In this document: positions 26,201 to 39,619 of the stretch, piece by piece
Layout: each line of letters opens with the position of its first letter
Position numbering within the stretch: the stretch's first letter is position 1
Assembly (NCBI RefSeq): GCF_026571515.1
Contig: NW_026861745.1
Span: forward strand, 1-64,000
Reading direction: 5' to 3'
Length of the DNA stretch: 64,000 bases
Source: Ruditapes philippinarum
Lineage: Eukaryota
Program-made: the position numbers and the translations under genes
Notes under the pieces: model-generated
Told to the model about the DNA's origin: nothing
Database searches by the model: none
Seen by the model: only the letters and a program-made list of their open reading frames with translations

Positions 26201-29200
26201 ATTTATTAAAGACAAAAATATGTTTCTCTCCATACTCTCACAACAGATCAAACTCTAACAATGAATCAGACTATCACAATAGATAAGGCCCTCATGTAAA
26301 ATAGATCTGAACTTACCTTACTACCTTCACCATAGTCAGTCTGTGTAGATACAGGTTCTGACTTGATCTGTACATCAGGTGTGACAGATTCTCCCAGGCC
26401 CGTCACTGATGCATCACTGAACAGTCCCGGTACTATCAGCCGTCTCTTCTTTGTTCTAGGCTGTTTCTTCTCACTGTCTGTGGAGGATTCTCTCCCCCCA
26501 CCTGCTTCCAACTTTACCTTCTCACCTGACCTGACATCTTGAATATCTGGTTGGCTTACTACAACAATATAAACACGTAACATTCTATAAAGTTTAAATA
26601 GTTGTCATATTGATTAGCAAATATTTCGTACCGAAAATGCTTTCATATTAATATATTATTAGTTATAAAGATTTTTGGCAGGTTATATGTCCCTATATAA
26701 ACGGTTGTTTGTAAATATAACCCGAGCCGCTACTAGTGCCCCACAAGTTATAATCATTATGCAGTACATGTAAATTAATTTTATATCAATAATTTTATAT
26801 TTACATGAATGGTCTGTACAGTCCAGCTTCAGTTTAGCCTTTTTACATACAGCCTCTGGAACAGGATCGATCTCAAACGACTGAAAATAAGACAACATTT
26901 TACTTGATAAATATGAAAATGGTACACAACCGCAAGCTATACTCAATCTGTTCTTTGACAGGTGGCAACTATAAATCTGTTAAATGAAACTGTTTCCTGT
27001 TTCTTTAGTAGGGATTTCATATACAATTCTTATTCACTTATATTGATTGTTGATATTTACTCTGAAAACTAGTAGATTTATATAACCTGTATAATCTGTT
27101 TAAGTTTAACATGAATCCAGGGTTATATGGTTTTTTTTTCTAGAGTTCAAACTCAGATCTTTGATTGGTCAGACACCAGTACAGAATAAAAATTGACCAA
27201 TGAAAATTCTGATATTTCAGACAGAACTCAGGAAAGGGTTTAATTCATCTCGAGGCATGATCCTATAAAGTTGTTGCTCTTCATTTATTGTACTTAACCC
27301 AGTGTGTACTTGGAGTATTTCGATAGTACATTTACAGAACACAATCTATTTCCCTTGAATAGCAATCAATTTTTTTCCAGATATTACATAAAATTATGAT
27401 AATTGTGAAGATAAAGATGTTGATATACCAATTACAATCAGAATAGCAGACTTGTTCATGTAAATCAATAAAAAATACCATGCCAGAACAATACCTTGAC
27501 AGTAAGTAATATTCTTTAAAATTAGATACTTACCTTTTGTCTATATTCTTTTGGCATAGATCTCACATTGATAGGCTGTACAAGTTTTTTGAAACCATCA
27601 TAAAATATAACCTCATACGCTCCTGAAATAAACATTCAAATAATAAACGGCACATAATTTTATTTTTGATTTGTACATAGTAGATTATCATACATCATGT
27701 GATAATACATTGATCAAAATACATAAACAATACATTTTCAATGAATTATAACAAACATTAAAGACAATGTCATGTTACATTAATTTTATTAGCCACTATA
27801 AGTTATTACTTAATGATTAAATAAGATGATCACCATAAAGTGAAATGCATTGTTTTATGTTTTCAATTTATTCCAATATAGCATTTTTTTTATAAAGAAC
27901 AAAAAAGCCCTTTTCAGTTCCTAATTAAATATGAAACATTTTACAATAAAGATGTAACAAACTTGGTATTAAAATCTTACAATTAAGACACCATACTGTT
28001 TAAATAGTTGTTATGTTGTTGCTGTTTTGGGTTGGGTTTTTTTTTTCAAAAAAAATTAACATGTTTTGCATGTTGTCAATGATGCAAATATTTTTCTACC
28101 TCAAACTTTGTTTTCAAAACAGATAAGTGTACCATACTAAGATTATTTGGATTGCAATTAAACTCCCTTAAGTTAGGTTGATGGATATATACATATGGTA
28201 TATACATAGACTAAATTACTTTATAAACTTACCATTTGGCATTATATTAGTTATCTTGGCAGGGTACATCTTACAATCTGTCCACTTGGCATATACTGCA
28301 TCCCCTATCTTGTGCTCCTAGTTCATAATTCATATATCAGTTAGATATTATCTTATACATTGAGACATTCTTAATTCAAACTTTAATTGTTAATAATATT
28401 ATGTACAAAGACCAAGACAGTTAATTTTATCTGTTCACAAAATAGTTAATTTTCTGTTCACAGCTTCAATTGACAGATCCCTTACTCTGTCTTTTTATTT
28501 GAATAACAATAGATTTAACCACAAACACTAACATTTGCTATTTTGTTAACAAATATGTTGTGGTGAAATTCTTATTGTATCCACTAATCTGATAATTAGA
28601 ATTGGACAGGTCACTCAGGGATCTATGCATTAGAGTATTTCTAAGTTATCAAAATCACATACAAGTAGTATTTTATTAAGGGTAGAGACCTATTTAATCA
28701 GAACTGATCAAATAACTTTAATATGATAGCAGCTGTCAATTAATGTACTGATTTCTAAGTTTAATATCACTATATCTTCACTCTTAAAACATTATGTGCA
28801 AATATACATATACAAATACGATTCTATTTACCTTGAGAGGTTTTTTGCTAACATTTTTGGCAGAGCCCCGGCCTGAACCCGATGTTGATCTAGCTCGTTT
28901 ACTTCTCTCTTTGCGTTCGGAGTGTCTCACCAGGGGTCTGATACGATCTGATGACATGTCAATCCATTCATCATATCTCTGATTCCAGCCATCAAAATGT
29001 ATTAGCACCTTCATATCATCTTCATTAATTGAACGAATCTTTGCAGGAAACCTGGACAAGGAAAACTGGACAGTTGTACTTTTGTCTTAAGTCTTATTTT
29101 CACTCTTAAACAATCTTTATTTCCTATTAGGTTTCAAGTGTTATTAAGCATAGTGCATTTATATGCATTATTTCAGACCCAAACAACAACTAAAAAATTA

Positions 29201-30598
29201 CATTATTTTTTATAAAAAACGTTCAGTAGCTGTTTAAGAAAAAAGACTGTAAAACCCATGAAATTTACTAATATATAACAAAGTTGTGAGTGTAAGTAAG
29301 AGAATAAGAGAGTAGTGGCATTATACGTGCATTACATGAGGTTTAGCCATGGGATTCCCTGATATCTAATGCATGGAGAATAAACTGATATTAAGGCAAC
29401 AAACTGTCAATAATTATACTGTTAACTGAGACAATATAAAATGAGGTACTTCATTTCATAAATTATGAAAGTCTGTGTTTGAACCACTGAGCCCCACCTG
29501 AATAGGCACACATACCAAGAATTGAGGTAATCCATGGCCTCTAATCGTTCACCTTTTCTCCAGCTGATGCCTAACCGCTGTGGCAGCTGAAGGTTTTTAA
29601 CAGAGCCCGATGATGATGACATACTGTCGTAGTCTAAATGCCGGAGATCACCAAGCTTAAATCTTGTGTTAGGTGTACCCTTCTCTGAGCTGGAGCATGT
29701 TAATGACTGGTCACTTTGACTGGCAGGTGTCACCATACCTGTAACATTATACATGTATATTAATAATTAACATGAGATATGATTTTGTATAATTTACTTT
29801 ACATGTTTAAGTCTGGATGCCAGGTTTTAACCTTAATTTTTCAGTGATTTTTCACAAAATATCACAGGGGCCTATAAAAGGTCTCTTTCCAATGGGATTT
29901 TCTTTAAAATCATGCAGTTTTCCGAATGATCTTAACTTACACAAGCTTTCCAAATTAGCATTTTTAGAGACACTTTTCCTTAAAATCAAAGGACTAAGGC
30001 CTTTTCCCAATTAAGTGTTAAAAAAACTGATTTGTTAAGTAGCGAAATTTTGTTAAAAATACTTGAAATTTATATCACTGTGAAAATAAGGTCTTGGAAA
30101 CTAATTTTCTACATCTTGCTAATTTAAAATTAGTCATATTCGTAACTTTAGCAAACTTGTTAATCTTAAAAACATACTCAAAAGAATAAATATAGCAGCA
30201 TAATCATATGGAATCATGTGTACAATAAAGAATTGACTTACCTGATTCTGGCAAACTTTTAGGAACATCAAAATGATCTTTCACTGGTGTCAATGATTCC
30301 TCCCTTTTAGGATCAACCATTTGACCATCTACAACCTCCCCTTCAATTCCTGCACTTTCTCCACCTAGAGTAAACCTCGGAACAGTAGTGTGACTGTCAT
30401 CTCCGGTCACCGCTGGTTCAACGGGATCCCTAGATGCTGCAGGCTGAGGTACAGAATCTGGAGGGTCCTGAGGAGATGTCCCATCAGGCATTGCTAATTC
30501 ACTGACTAAACAATCTCCCTCAGAATTAACAGGATCAATAAGGCTACCATCTGGCTTAGTAGCAAAATGACTGCTGGCTAACATTTCTGAACTGTCAT
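17270..30598 (-). CDS. PHF20: PHD finger protein 20 / PHF20-like 1 (two Tudor domains, C2H2 finger, PHD finger; NSL/MOF complex reader)
   Basis: Phase-consistent exons: 30598-30242, 29738-29516, 29051-28832, 28317-28233, 27622-27534, 26880-26805, 26558-26317, 25487-25418, 24389-24192, 23061-22930, 22109-21916, 21313-21214, 20608-20410, 19648-18589, 18039-17871, 17415-17270 (TAA). Tudor1 GERLEAMDYLNSWFPAKI..VLIHFDGWNQRYDEW; Tudor2 VYAKWTDCKMYPAKI..YEVIFYDG; C2H2 [64 protein letters not shown]. Start is uncertain: ATG at 30584, or an upstream exon 31633-31549. Confidence 0.92.
17416..17560. repeat. Three ~45-50 bp tandem copies of the last PHF20 splice-acceptor region
   Basis: CTGAAATAATACAA...GATTATCTAAC...CCATGA repeated at ~17416, ~17460 and ~17511. 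Confidence 0.7.
18890..19510 (-). repeat. Coding tandem repeat in a PHF20 exon (39-bp/13-aa EPQPGSSKDYSK units grading into ~57-63-bp units)
   Basis: About 14 [PA]GSSKD-type motifs in ORF 18508-19674; DNA unit TCTTTACTGGAACCAGGCTGTGGCTCCTTGGAATAA. Confidence 0.9.
22575..22806 (-). mobile_element. tRNA-derived SINE
   Basis: Minus strand begins GGGGCGTTCATGGCTGAGTGG (A box) ... GGTTCGATTC (B box), followed by a body (TCATGTGAGGAAGCTATC..GGTCTTCCTCCACCAGTAAAGCTGG) and an AC/A-rich tail. Confidence 0.7.
23323..23749 (-). mobile_element. ~430-bp interspersed repeat (same family as the tandem pair at 48102-48873)
   Basis: Reverse complement matches 48102-48532 along its whole length. Confidence 0.8.
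24010..24126. mobile_element. Tc1/pogo-type MITE
   Basis: TA|CAGTCAAAC...GTTAGACTG|TA termini with TA TSD. Confidence 0.65.
25835..26160. repeat. 18-bp minisatellite (CAGACCCTCACAATAGTT)n, ~17 copies, intronic
   Basis: Directly visible; explains spurious ORF 25870-26076. Confidence 0.95.
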
Positions 30599-32789
30599 CT
30601 AAAAGAAACAAAAATAATCATTTTGATGTCTAGAAGACTAGATGGCTTCATGTGAAAATGTCAGTTTGCCACTCACACAGTCTGTCTTTCTGTTACATTT
30701 TCCCCTCACTTTTAAAAGCATTAAGTTATTAACAGCAGGAATCTGTTATTAATTGTAAGCTTGGAAAATTAAAAAGAAAAAGTATACCACTTGCTTTTGA
30801 AGGGCCATCAAATTTCTGATTTTGAATTATTTTTCTTTATTTGTCCATATATTTATATAGTGAATTATTGAACATTCCCACTTGTCCATACAGGCTGTGT
30901 GACAACCTGGGCAATAGGGACACATGATTTTGCCATTCCTGCAAATTTCTAACAAATATTTAAGTGTTGGTTGGAGTATTTTGATCTGGAACTGGTATGT
31001 CACTCAAATAGATTTTATGAGTCCTAGTTCTCGTGCTGTGTTGAAGAACCAAAGTTTTCTGTTTTTCCCCCCCAAAATTCAATCATTACAATACATACAA
31101 GTATTGTATAATTCTGTTTATCGATAACTAGAATATTTCTGACAACCTTTATCACTGTCCACATCTAGTATGAAATGGTAATATATTGTTATGGATAGAC
31201 ATGTAAACAATTTGACAGTGTGACGAGATTTTACCTTTCCTTTACGTGAATTCTGCTCTGTCATTTCCGTGATTTGTGTGGTTGTTTATCAACTATATAT
31301 ATAACAGTAGACAGTATAAATATTCAATGATTCGAGTTAAAGAACCATTGAAATATCGTTCAGAACTGTGAACATGATCCGGGTCGCGAAATAACCTGAC
31401 AATTGAGCGTAGATACTCAACTGACCAAAGAATAACAATAATAACGATCAGATATGTAGAAATATACCTGAACTATTATTCCATTACAATAGATGCAGAA
31501 AGTATACACTAAAAGTGTCACTAGAACACAAAGATGTGTATTATTTACATTTTCTAGCTGACGGATTCAGCGGAAATAAGTTCCATATCCGGCCAAATTC
31601 CGAGAAAGTACTGTAATGCAACGAAACTACCATAATCATATTTTGGAAAGAGTGACTATTATATAAAAATCTGTCGATATTTTATGTCTTTATTATTCTA
31701 TAAAAGAATAATAACATTTTAGCGGATCCTTGACGGATCTATTTTGTCTGACGGCGTATGAGCCATGACTGTGCTATGTTTAGCGGAACGCTGTGACTGG
31801 TTAACTAATTCCGTTGTCGAATCTTATTGGATAAGAGTACTTTTGAATGTTTTAGCGGCGGGCAAATTTCATTTCGGAATTAACACGCCAAAGTCTATAA
31901 ATACAGACGCTCAATTCAGTTGAGCAGCTTTTCCAACCTTGAAACATGGACTAACAAGGTTATTATTTGAACAGTAGCTCAACCCTAACTAAAAATCCGC
32001 CAAACAACGGAAATCCGTCAAAACTTGAACATTCCGCTAAATAAATATTCCGCTAGAAGACTTTTACTGTAATTTACGCGAAACACGTTCATATAACCCC
32101 TTCTTTAACAACTTTACATTGACGAACTCATTAGATCTACAATAATAATACCAACGGCAAGGGCAATAATTTACATGTTTTAAAGTATTTAATTATCCTG
32201 TTTTATGCATTTGTTTAACAGAAGATCTTAATAAATAAGATTAACTGTACTTGAGCGTTTTGGTATTTTCAAGTGTTTATATTCTTTTTAATTGATTAAG
32301 TTTTATGGTAAATTACCGTACCATTTAACTTCAGTAGCCTTAAAAGTGATCCTGACAAAATCATTTCAACAGTGACAACGGTAACAATATGTTTCCATAT
32401 TTATTATTAAAAGTAGTCCTTTAATAAAATCTTTTGTCACTCCTTGCCATTTTGATACTTATTTTTAACTTAATAAAAAGATCAAGATGAAATTTACATT
32501 GTAAGATGTTTTGCTTTAAAATATATATTTCAAATAATATACATAATGTACAAACCAGTTATATCTGTTGTGTCCATAGGCGTTGCTGTTGTGCTGGTGT
32601 CTTCAGACATTTTGTTTCTTTAACCTGCATTAAAGTAAAACATAAATATTTCTCAAAAGAAAACCGACAAACAAATGAACTTGAATCAATATAATGCAAA
32701 AATTAAAGCAGTGAATGAGCCAAAATCTAAAATGTTATCCTTACTTTGCCATGTCCTAAAAAAAAAGTGTCAGGTGATGCAGGCAATCA

Positions 32790-33105
32790 TAATCAGAGAG
32801 TTATCAGACCCCAGCTTGAATATGGAAGTGTAGATACTAGGTTATCCCTTCTCTATAAGATTCACCACAGTCTGGTTGCTATCCCCATAGCAAAATATTT
32901 GACACCCCTCTCCCAAACATCATCATGCCATGGCCATCCCTTAAAATGTTATAGGCTATTCACAGCAAGCTTAGACTATTATAAATTCTCATTGTTTCCT
33001 AGAACAGTGTACCACTGGAACAACCTGCCCCCTGCAGTTGCCCTACTCCCTACCCAAGAGTAGTTCAGTGCAGCCATAGCTTGCATCGAACATATCTCAC
33101 CCTAG
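32790..33105 (+). mobile_element. 3' fragment of a CR1/L2-group LINE ORF2 (internally deleted)
   Basis: RPQLEYGS fused to RLSLLYKIHH...YKFSLFPRTVYHWNNLP, typical post-RT C-terminal motifs of CR1-group LINEs; in-frame stop and deletion. Confidence 0.75.
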
Positions 33106-33252
33106 TTATCAGCCCCTGTTTTTAACATTTTTAAATATTCTTTTATCCTCTTTTAAACAACTCTTAACTTCCTTGCAAATTTTCACGTGCAGTCTCAAAT
33201 AATGACCTTGGAATAGTGGAGATATTGTCAATACACAAAATAGCACAAATTA

Positions 33253-33915
33253 GGAAAAGAGTCAACTCGGCCCTATACCAACTCGGCACGGGTCAACTCG
33301 GCCCACTTTACAAAAATATATAGGCCTATAACGTATTAACTTTGCTTTGCATGTTGTTAAGGTAAATGAATAATAAGAAATATCTTATTATTATTATATA
33401 ATTATACATTGTACCTCTGCTGAAATAAAGTATATTTAGAAAAAAAAGGTTATTTATTTGTCTAGCAGATTCGATATAATTAATATAGACACAGGCACGA
33501 TTATCGAACCTGGGAAGAAAAAATATGAACAGATTGATAAAATAACTTCATATTTTTTCTTCCCAGGTCCGATACTTGTGCCTGTGAATATAGATATAAT
33601 AAAAATGTGTTTCCTTAGATGCGTTTTGTTTGTAAAGTAATTTTCAAAAAAATATGAAACAAAAATGTGTTTACTTAATAGCATAAGCTTCTAATTAATT
33701 GCAGGTGGTCACTAATCAAATTTGAATGAATGAGTCAATCATAATTATCATCTGATTAATCGGTATCTTTAACATACACATTGATTGATAATAATAGCCC
33801 GTGACAATACGAGTCCTTTGATGTCTTTTACCCATTTTTAAAAGTGGGCCGAGTTGACCCGTGCCGAGTTGGAATAGGGCCGAGTATGTTTTAGGGCCGA
33901 GCTGACCCGGATTCC
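33253..33915. mobile_element. MULE-like MITE with subterminal ACTCGGCCC repeats
   Basis: Termini GGAA...TTCC; inverted subterminal arrays CAACTCGGCAC/CC and GGGCCGAGTTG; TSD (C)ACAAATTA at 33245-33252 and 33916-33923. Contains a small fold-back at ~33483-33590. Confidence 0.8.
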
Positions 33916-33945
33916 ACAAATTATACCTCGATGCATGGGGGGGGG

Positions 33946-36134
33946 GAATGACAGACTATTCTCTCCCTTACCAGTTCCTCCCCCTGACGGTTCTCTCCCT
34001 AACCGTTTCCTCCCCTGACGGTTCTCTCCCAAATTTGAAATATGCAGACAGTTCTCCCCCATTTTTTTTTATAGGTTATCAATTTAGTTTTGACTTAATG
34101 TAATCTAATAATATTTCTTAGTGAAGATTATTAAAATAATGTGTTTGATATTAACTGCATTTTATGTTTTATGTTTATCAGCTGAAAAGTGTTTGTAAAT
34201 TTAACACCTTTTTTCGGTATTTATACGCCCGTTTGAAAAACGGGACGTATTATGGGAACGCCCCTGGCGGGCGGGCGGGCGGCGTCCAATTTTGTCCGGA
34301 GCATATCTCCTACATGTATGGAGGGATTTTAATGAAACTTCATAGAAATGTTCACCACTATGAGGAGCAGTGTCGCGCACATGAACCAGGTCTCTAGGTC
34401 AAAGGTCAAGGTCACACTTAGAGGTCATTGAAAAATGCTTGTCCGGAGCAAAACTTCCACATGTATAGAGGGATTTCTATATTACTTGGCACAAATGTTC
34501 ACCATTGTGAGGCGGAGTGTCGCGTGCAAGATTCAGGTCCTTGCGTCCAAGGTCAAGGTCACACATAGAGGTCAAAGTTCAGATAAAAATATGAAGATGT
34601 GTATATGTACCATTTAGTCATCATTTATTGAGGGATTGTAACACAAATGGTCATTATCAAGACTATGGCTGTGATACATATAATTTAGGTCAATATATAC
34701 AAGGTCAAGGTCACTAAAGATGATGAAATATCCAGATTTTGTAAATAGAATTTAATCAAAGGGCAACAACAAAGTTATTACTTTGTTCATAAATGACTTA
34801 CACAATTACTCCCCTTGATCTACTTTCACTTTCAATTCTAAAAATAGAATTTAATCAAAGGGCATAAAATAATCCTCTTTCTTGGACTTGAGTATGTTCT
34901 AAAGAATGTAACATTTATTTACACATGTTTCATTCATTGGTCAAGATTCTTAACTGTGATAACTATGGTGTTCTGTAGACTTGGTATTTGTTCATAAAGA
35001 TCATACAGTAATTACCTTATCAAATGTAAATACTTTCTCATAGAAATTTAATTATATTTTAATTTTCAAGTAAATATCAGTTCAGCTCATTCAAAGATTA
35101 AGAATTGTAATGAAATGTATTTCCCTAGAATAAAATCTTAAATCAGAATTTTTTAGTTATTAAATTACAATTACATGTACTTTTTATCTTCCCTACTGAT
35201 TTGTTTTAAGGTTCATTTAACAACACAGTGCCAAGGATAAAAACTTGCTTGCTAGATAACACTTATCCATAATGCCCCCATCTCCATCTAAAGCTTTCGT
35301 AAACGGGCGTATTTTGTGACTATGGCACCCTTGTTTAATCCTATCAACACCTTCATCGTGAGAGATATAGATTATTGGACAATGATTGGACACCTGTAAT
35401 TATGTTAAGGTCTAGCTTGTAAATACTTATTCATCAATACCTTTTCACAGCTATCTTAATCTAATCAACACCTTGATTTTTAATAAACATCTCAATTATC
35501 TCTGACAGCAAACTTAAGGCATGTGTGTATTGAACCCCCTTTTCATTATACAAAAGTATGAACAATTAAAATTCATTCATCATTTTTTGCTTATAAATTT
35601 CATATTTATTTATTAAAATAATAATAATAATATCTTATGAATATCCTTATCAAGTAAATTATTCATTAATTATTTTCAATGGCAAAACACATTAAAAAGT
35701 ATACATTACATCTAATTTAAAAAATCAGAATAATTAACTAATTGGCTAAAAAAAGTTTTTCTAATTTAATTTATATCAATTGATAATATTAAAGGTAACC
35801 AATTTATTAAACATCTAAATACTTCATTAAAGTATTTTTTATCTCTAATTTATATCATTCTATAATAAACTTACCCATTAATGATTTATTTAACATCTAA
35901 ACACTTCAATAAAATCTTCTTTTTTTTCTAATTTATATCAATTATGTATAAACTTACCCATTTATTTATCATCTAAATAATTTAATAATAATTTAATAAT
36001 AAAAATAAGAATGGGGAGGAACTGTCTGCTTATTTGCAAAGATACAGACGGTTCTCCCCCAAAATAGGGAGAGAACCGTCAGGGAGGAAACGTCAGGGGA
36101 GGAACTGGTAAGGGAGAGAATAGTCTGACTACCG
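33946..36134. mobile_element. MULE-like non-autonomous element inserted in a poly-G run, with a nested HINE
   Basis: ~110-bp TIRs CAGACTATTCTCTCCCTTACCAGTTCCTCCCC... and ...GGGGAGGAACTGGTAAGGGAGAGAATAGTCTG; G10 runs on both flanks (consistent with a poly-G TSD). Confidence 0.75.
34220..35336 (+). mobile_element. HINE-like element nested in the MULE-like element
   Basis: subTIR ATACGCCCGTTT + IR AAACGGGACGTAT, (GCGG)n microsatellite, degenerate ~150-bp units with AGGTCAAGGTCAC, 3' subTIR AAACGGGCGTAT, CTTGTTT end. Confidence 0.75.
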
Positions 36135-36819
36135 GGGGGGGGGATGGGGGGAGAGATTGCAGGCTCCACAACTTATGTAAACACTAATCTTCATAACAGA
36201 TAACAGGGACCGTTCAAGCCAGCGGATATGGTCTGACCCTTAAGCGTCTGAGAGTGAAACGAGATCATCAGTGATCACCTTATTTCATAATTTGCAATTT
36301 AAAAGCTGAAAATAGACAAAAAAAAATAGGGAAAAAATATTTGTCAGATTATGCATGCAATTTTCGTCTCCAAAATAGATACTGTATAATTTAAATACTA
36401 ATTAACAAATACTTTAAACAATATTCGTGGCTCATCACACATTTAAACCATTACTAACCTATGCAAAACCAAATTCTAATTTTTTACGCATGCCTCAGGC
36501 GCCATCTTTGTTTTGCTTATAAAGAATAAAGTCCGTAAGATGCCGGACCCTAATGGATGGTTGGGAAAATCCCGGGATTCGAGATCCGGAACGCTAATAA
36601 ACTACGTGTTGATTATTATTAGAGGCAATAAAACGTTAGAATTTTTATCATATCGTTTTTTATGACCAGGATATTGATTTAAACTTAAGATTTAAATATG
36701 TGTAGAGCTATTTATTAACAAACATGAAAAGCGGAAATCACGTATTGATCTGTGCCTAAATAGTAAAATCAAAGTTCTTGTTAATACACAATTAGCAGTA
36801 AGTTTTATGTTAATGTATT

Positions 36820-36880
36820 TCATCATCATCATCATCATCATCATCACCACCACCATCATCATCATCATCATCATCATCAT
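36820..36880. repeat. (CAT)n microsatellite with a (CAC) interruption
   Basis: Directly visible. Confidence 0.95.
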
Positions 36881-39619
36881 TATTATTTTGAACAACTTAT
36901 CATCGGAAAAGATCTTAAGATATATGCTTTAACATACTCGTTATGTTGACAACAATGTTAATTCAATTATTATATTAATATATATTGTAGATCAATTGAT
37001 ACCACGGATTTATATTACATGTAATATAAATCTGTGTTGATACACTTGACCCCCGTTTTGTTCTTGTCGTTTTCTGGCCATAGTCAGGGGCGTAGCTTGA
37101 AAGAAACCAATGTGTAGGCACTTGTGTTAGGGGGGTCCGGGGGCATGCTCCCCCGGAAAATTTTGAAAATCTACATTGCCATAGCTGCATTCTGGGGTAT
37201 GTTAAGGCATGTTCTGAAGGAAGGGTATTCATAATTTTGCTGAATTTTGGTCACATTTTTTCCATCAATTTAAAGATGAGTGACCATACTTATATCACTA
37301 ACTCAACGCAAAGCGACTGTGACATTTTGGCAAAAAGAGCTTTTTTTCCGTATATAGTTTTGGGTAATAATATATGAATCCAGAACTATACATTTAAAAA
37401 GAACAAATTTATGCAATTTTTTAAAGCAATCATCAAAATTTCAAAATTCAAAATAAGGTTGTCTAAATATATAATTAGAAAATAATGAAAACAAAGATCA
37501 ACAAGATCGAACCCCATTAACTAAATGCACCCCTATACACCGCACAATCGGTATTTAAATACCAATTGATGATGAAATATCTAATGTCACACAAACAGCG
37601 TCGAATACATTTTCTCAATAAGATTTTATGGAATGAAAACCTTAGTGAAACATATATAGAACATAGAATACACTGTTTACGTGAAGTCAAACATATAAAG
37701 AAAGTAAAGACAAAGCAAACTTACACCTTCAGTAACTCAATAAGTACGTTACCTACAGTAATGTAAAAAAAAGAATTCCGAAGAACTTTTATTATCAAAC
37801 ATTTTTGTAATTTGAATGAACTATTTCGCGCGAAGTAGTGTTAGAATGTTCAAAAATCTATTTCACAATTGTAATAATTACTTTCAGTGTGAATGAATTT
37901 GGCATGTCAGAACGCTCATATTCATTTACATGTACATGTTTATTTTAAAAATGTTTATTTTCTAAAAAAATCGGATATTTTCAATCATGTTTTTCCTTAC
38001 ATTCTTCCTTTCTTCTAATAATTCTCCATAGTAAGTTACCTAAGTCTCTCTATAGTGATAATTCAACAATCAATTATTCTCTAATTTTTCGTTGTACATT
38101 CAAAGAGCTTACAGACTATCCGCAATTTTTTGTATCTTTATTTTGAAAATTACTTTAGCTGGAGAGGTGTTGTATTACATGTTTTCCAATTCAATCTGAA
38201 TTAAATTGTTGTGAAATGTTTGTAAATGTTACTTTAAGTGCAATTTAATGAATAAATAAAGTTTCATTAAAGTATAAATTAAAAAAAGAGAATTGCATCG
38301 CCAGCGTTAAACGCAGGGTTCTCAATAACAGCAGGCCACATGCAGGCCAAAATGACTGGCTGAAATCATCAGTAGGCCTGTTGGAACTTTGTAAGATATA
38401 CAGTTTTCTTACTTTTATGCAGAAAATTTGTGTTTGAATTACACAAAAGGCCTGCAAAAGTAATAGTCTTGTTTTATAGTATCCCAGATAGCATTCTATA
38501 TGGGACCCATGTGGGGCCCATATGGGCACCTATATGGGTCCCATTTGGGCTGCCCATATGGGCCCCATATAGGAAGTGCAACCGGGTTCCAAATGGGTCC
38601 CATCTGGGCAGCCCTTATACTCAATATGGGATTCACATGGGCCCCATCTGGGCAGCCCATGTACACAATATGGGCCCCACCTGGGCAGCCCTTGTACTAA
38701 ATATGGGTTTCAAATGGGCAGCCCAGATACTTCCATTATGGGTAGATTTTGAATTCCGGGGTAGATCTATTTTCAATTACTTCAATTATATGTTTGCTGA
38801 GCGTTTAGATAGCAACCGCTTGCTACAGAGCATGATTCTTGTACTTGCGTTAAATATTCAAGTGATGTTTTAACTCATTCTGTTTCCTGGAACAGACAGA
38901 TTATGGCACAAAGCCTTTATGATCATGCAAGAAAACAATACACAATGTATATGCTTTAACAATGTAACTTTATTTAGTAATCTCACTTATGGTAAGTGTA
39001 TATCATATATATACAGATTCTCAATACATTCTGTGGACGCCTGATGTCAACAAAGAAACCTTTACTTATGTAAATAAACTTAGAAAAGTGTACAATATAA
39101 AAATCCAAGTAAACTGTACATATTTGTAAATCCACAGAATTTCATTTTGACTACATAGTTTTTAATTCAAAAATACAGAAATATTAATTATTATTCAAAA
39201 AGTCCCAGGTAGTAAATATTACTTTGGTACACTAAATAAGCAACATGTAATGGAAAACTGTTTATAATGTACGAACAAAATAATTAAAAATGCAGTTTTA
39301 TAACATTAGATACCTTACAGATCACTATAAGGAAAAATGAAACTTATGCTAGACACTGGTAAAACTTTACAGAAGGTCTTTGGAACTCCAAGAAATATAT
39401 GTGTATAATGTTTAAATTTCAGTAAATCAACAGTAAGACCCTAAATGTCTTTTTAACTTTCTACATAATTCATAGAAAAAGTATTATACATTTACTGTAA
39501 TTCATTACAAATTTCTATCTACCAATTACTTTCATTTTCAAATGATATAGATCTACATCAATTAATATAAAAAGTTGTTCATAACAACCATGTATTACAC
39601 TTTGGTATGGTAGTGCTGA

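Noticed and set aside
36692-36895. Poly-Met ORF
   Set aside because: (CAT)n microsatellite read on the minus strand.
38430-38873. 147-aa GPIW-repeat ORF (and similar ORFs at 45805-46136)
   Set aside because: By-products of the subterminal CCCATATGGG repeats of the EnSpm-like element.
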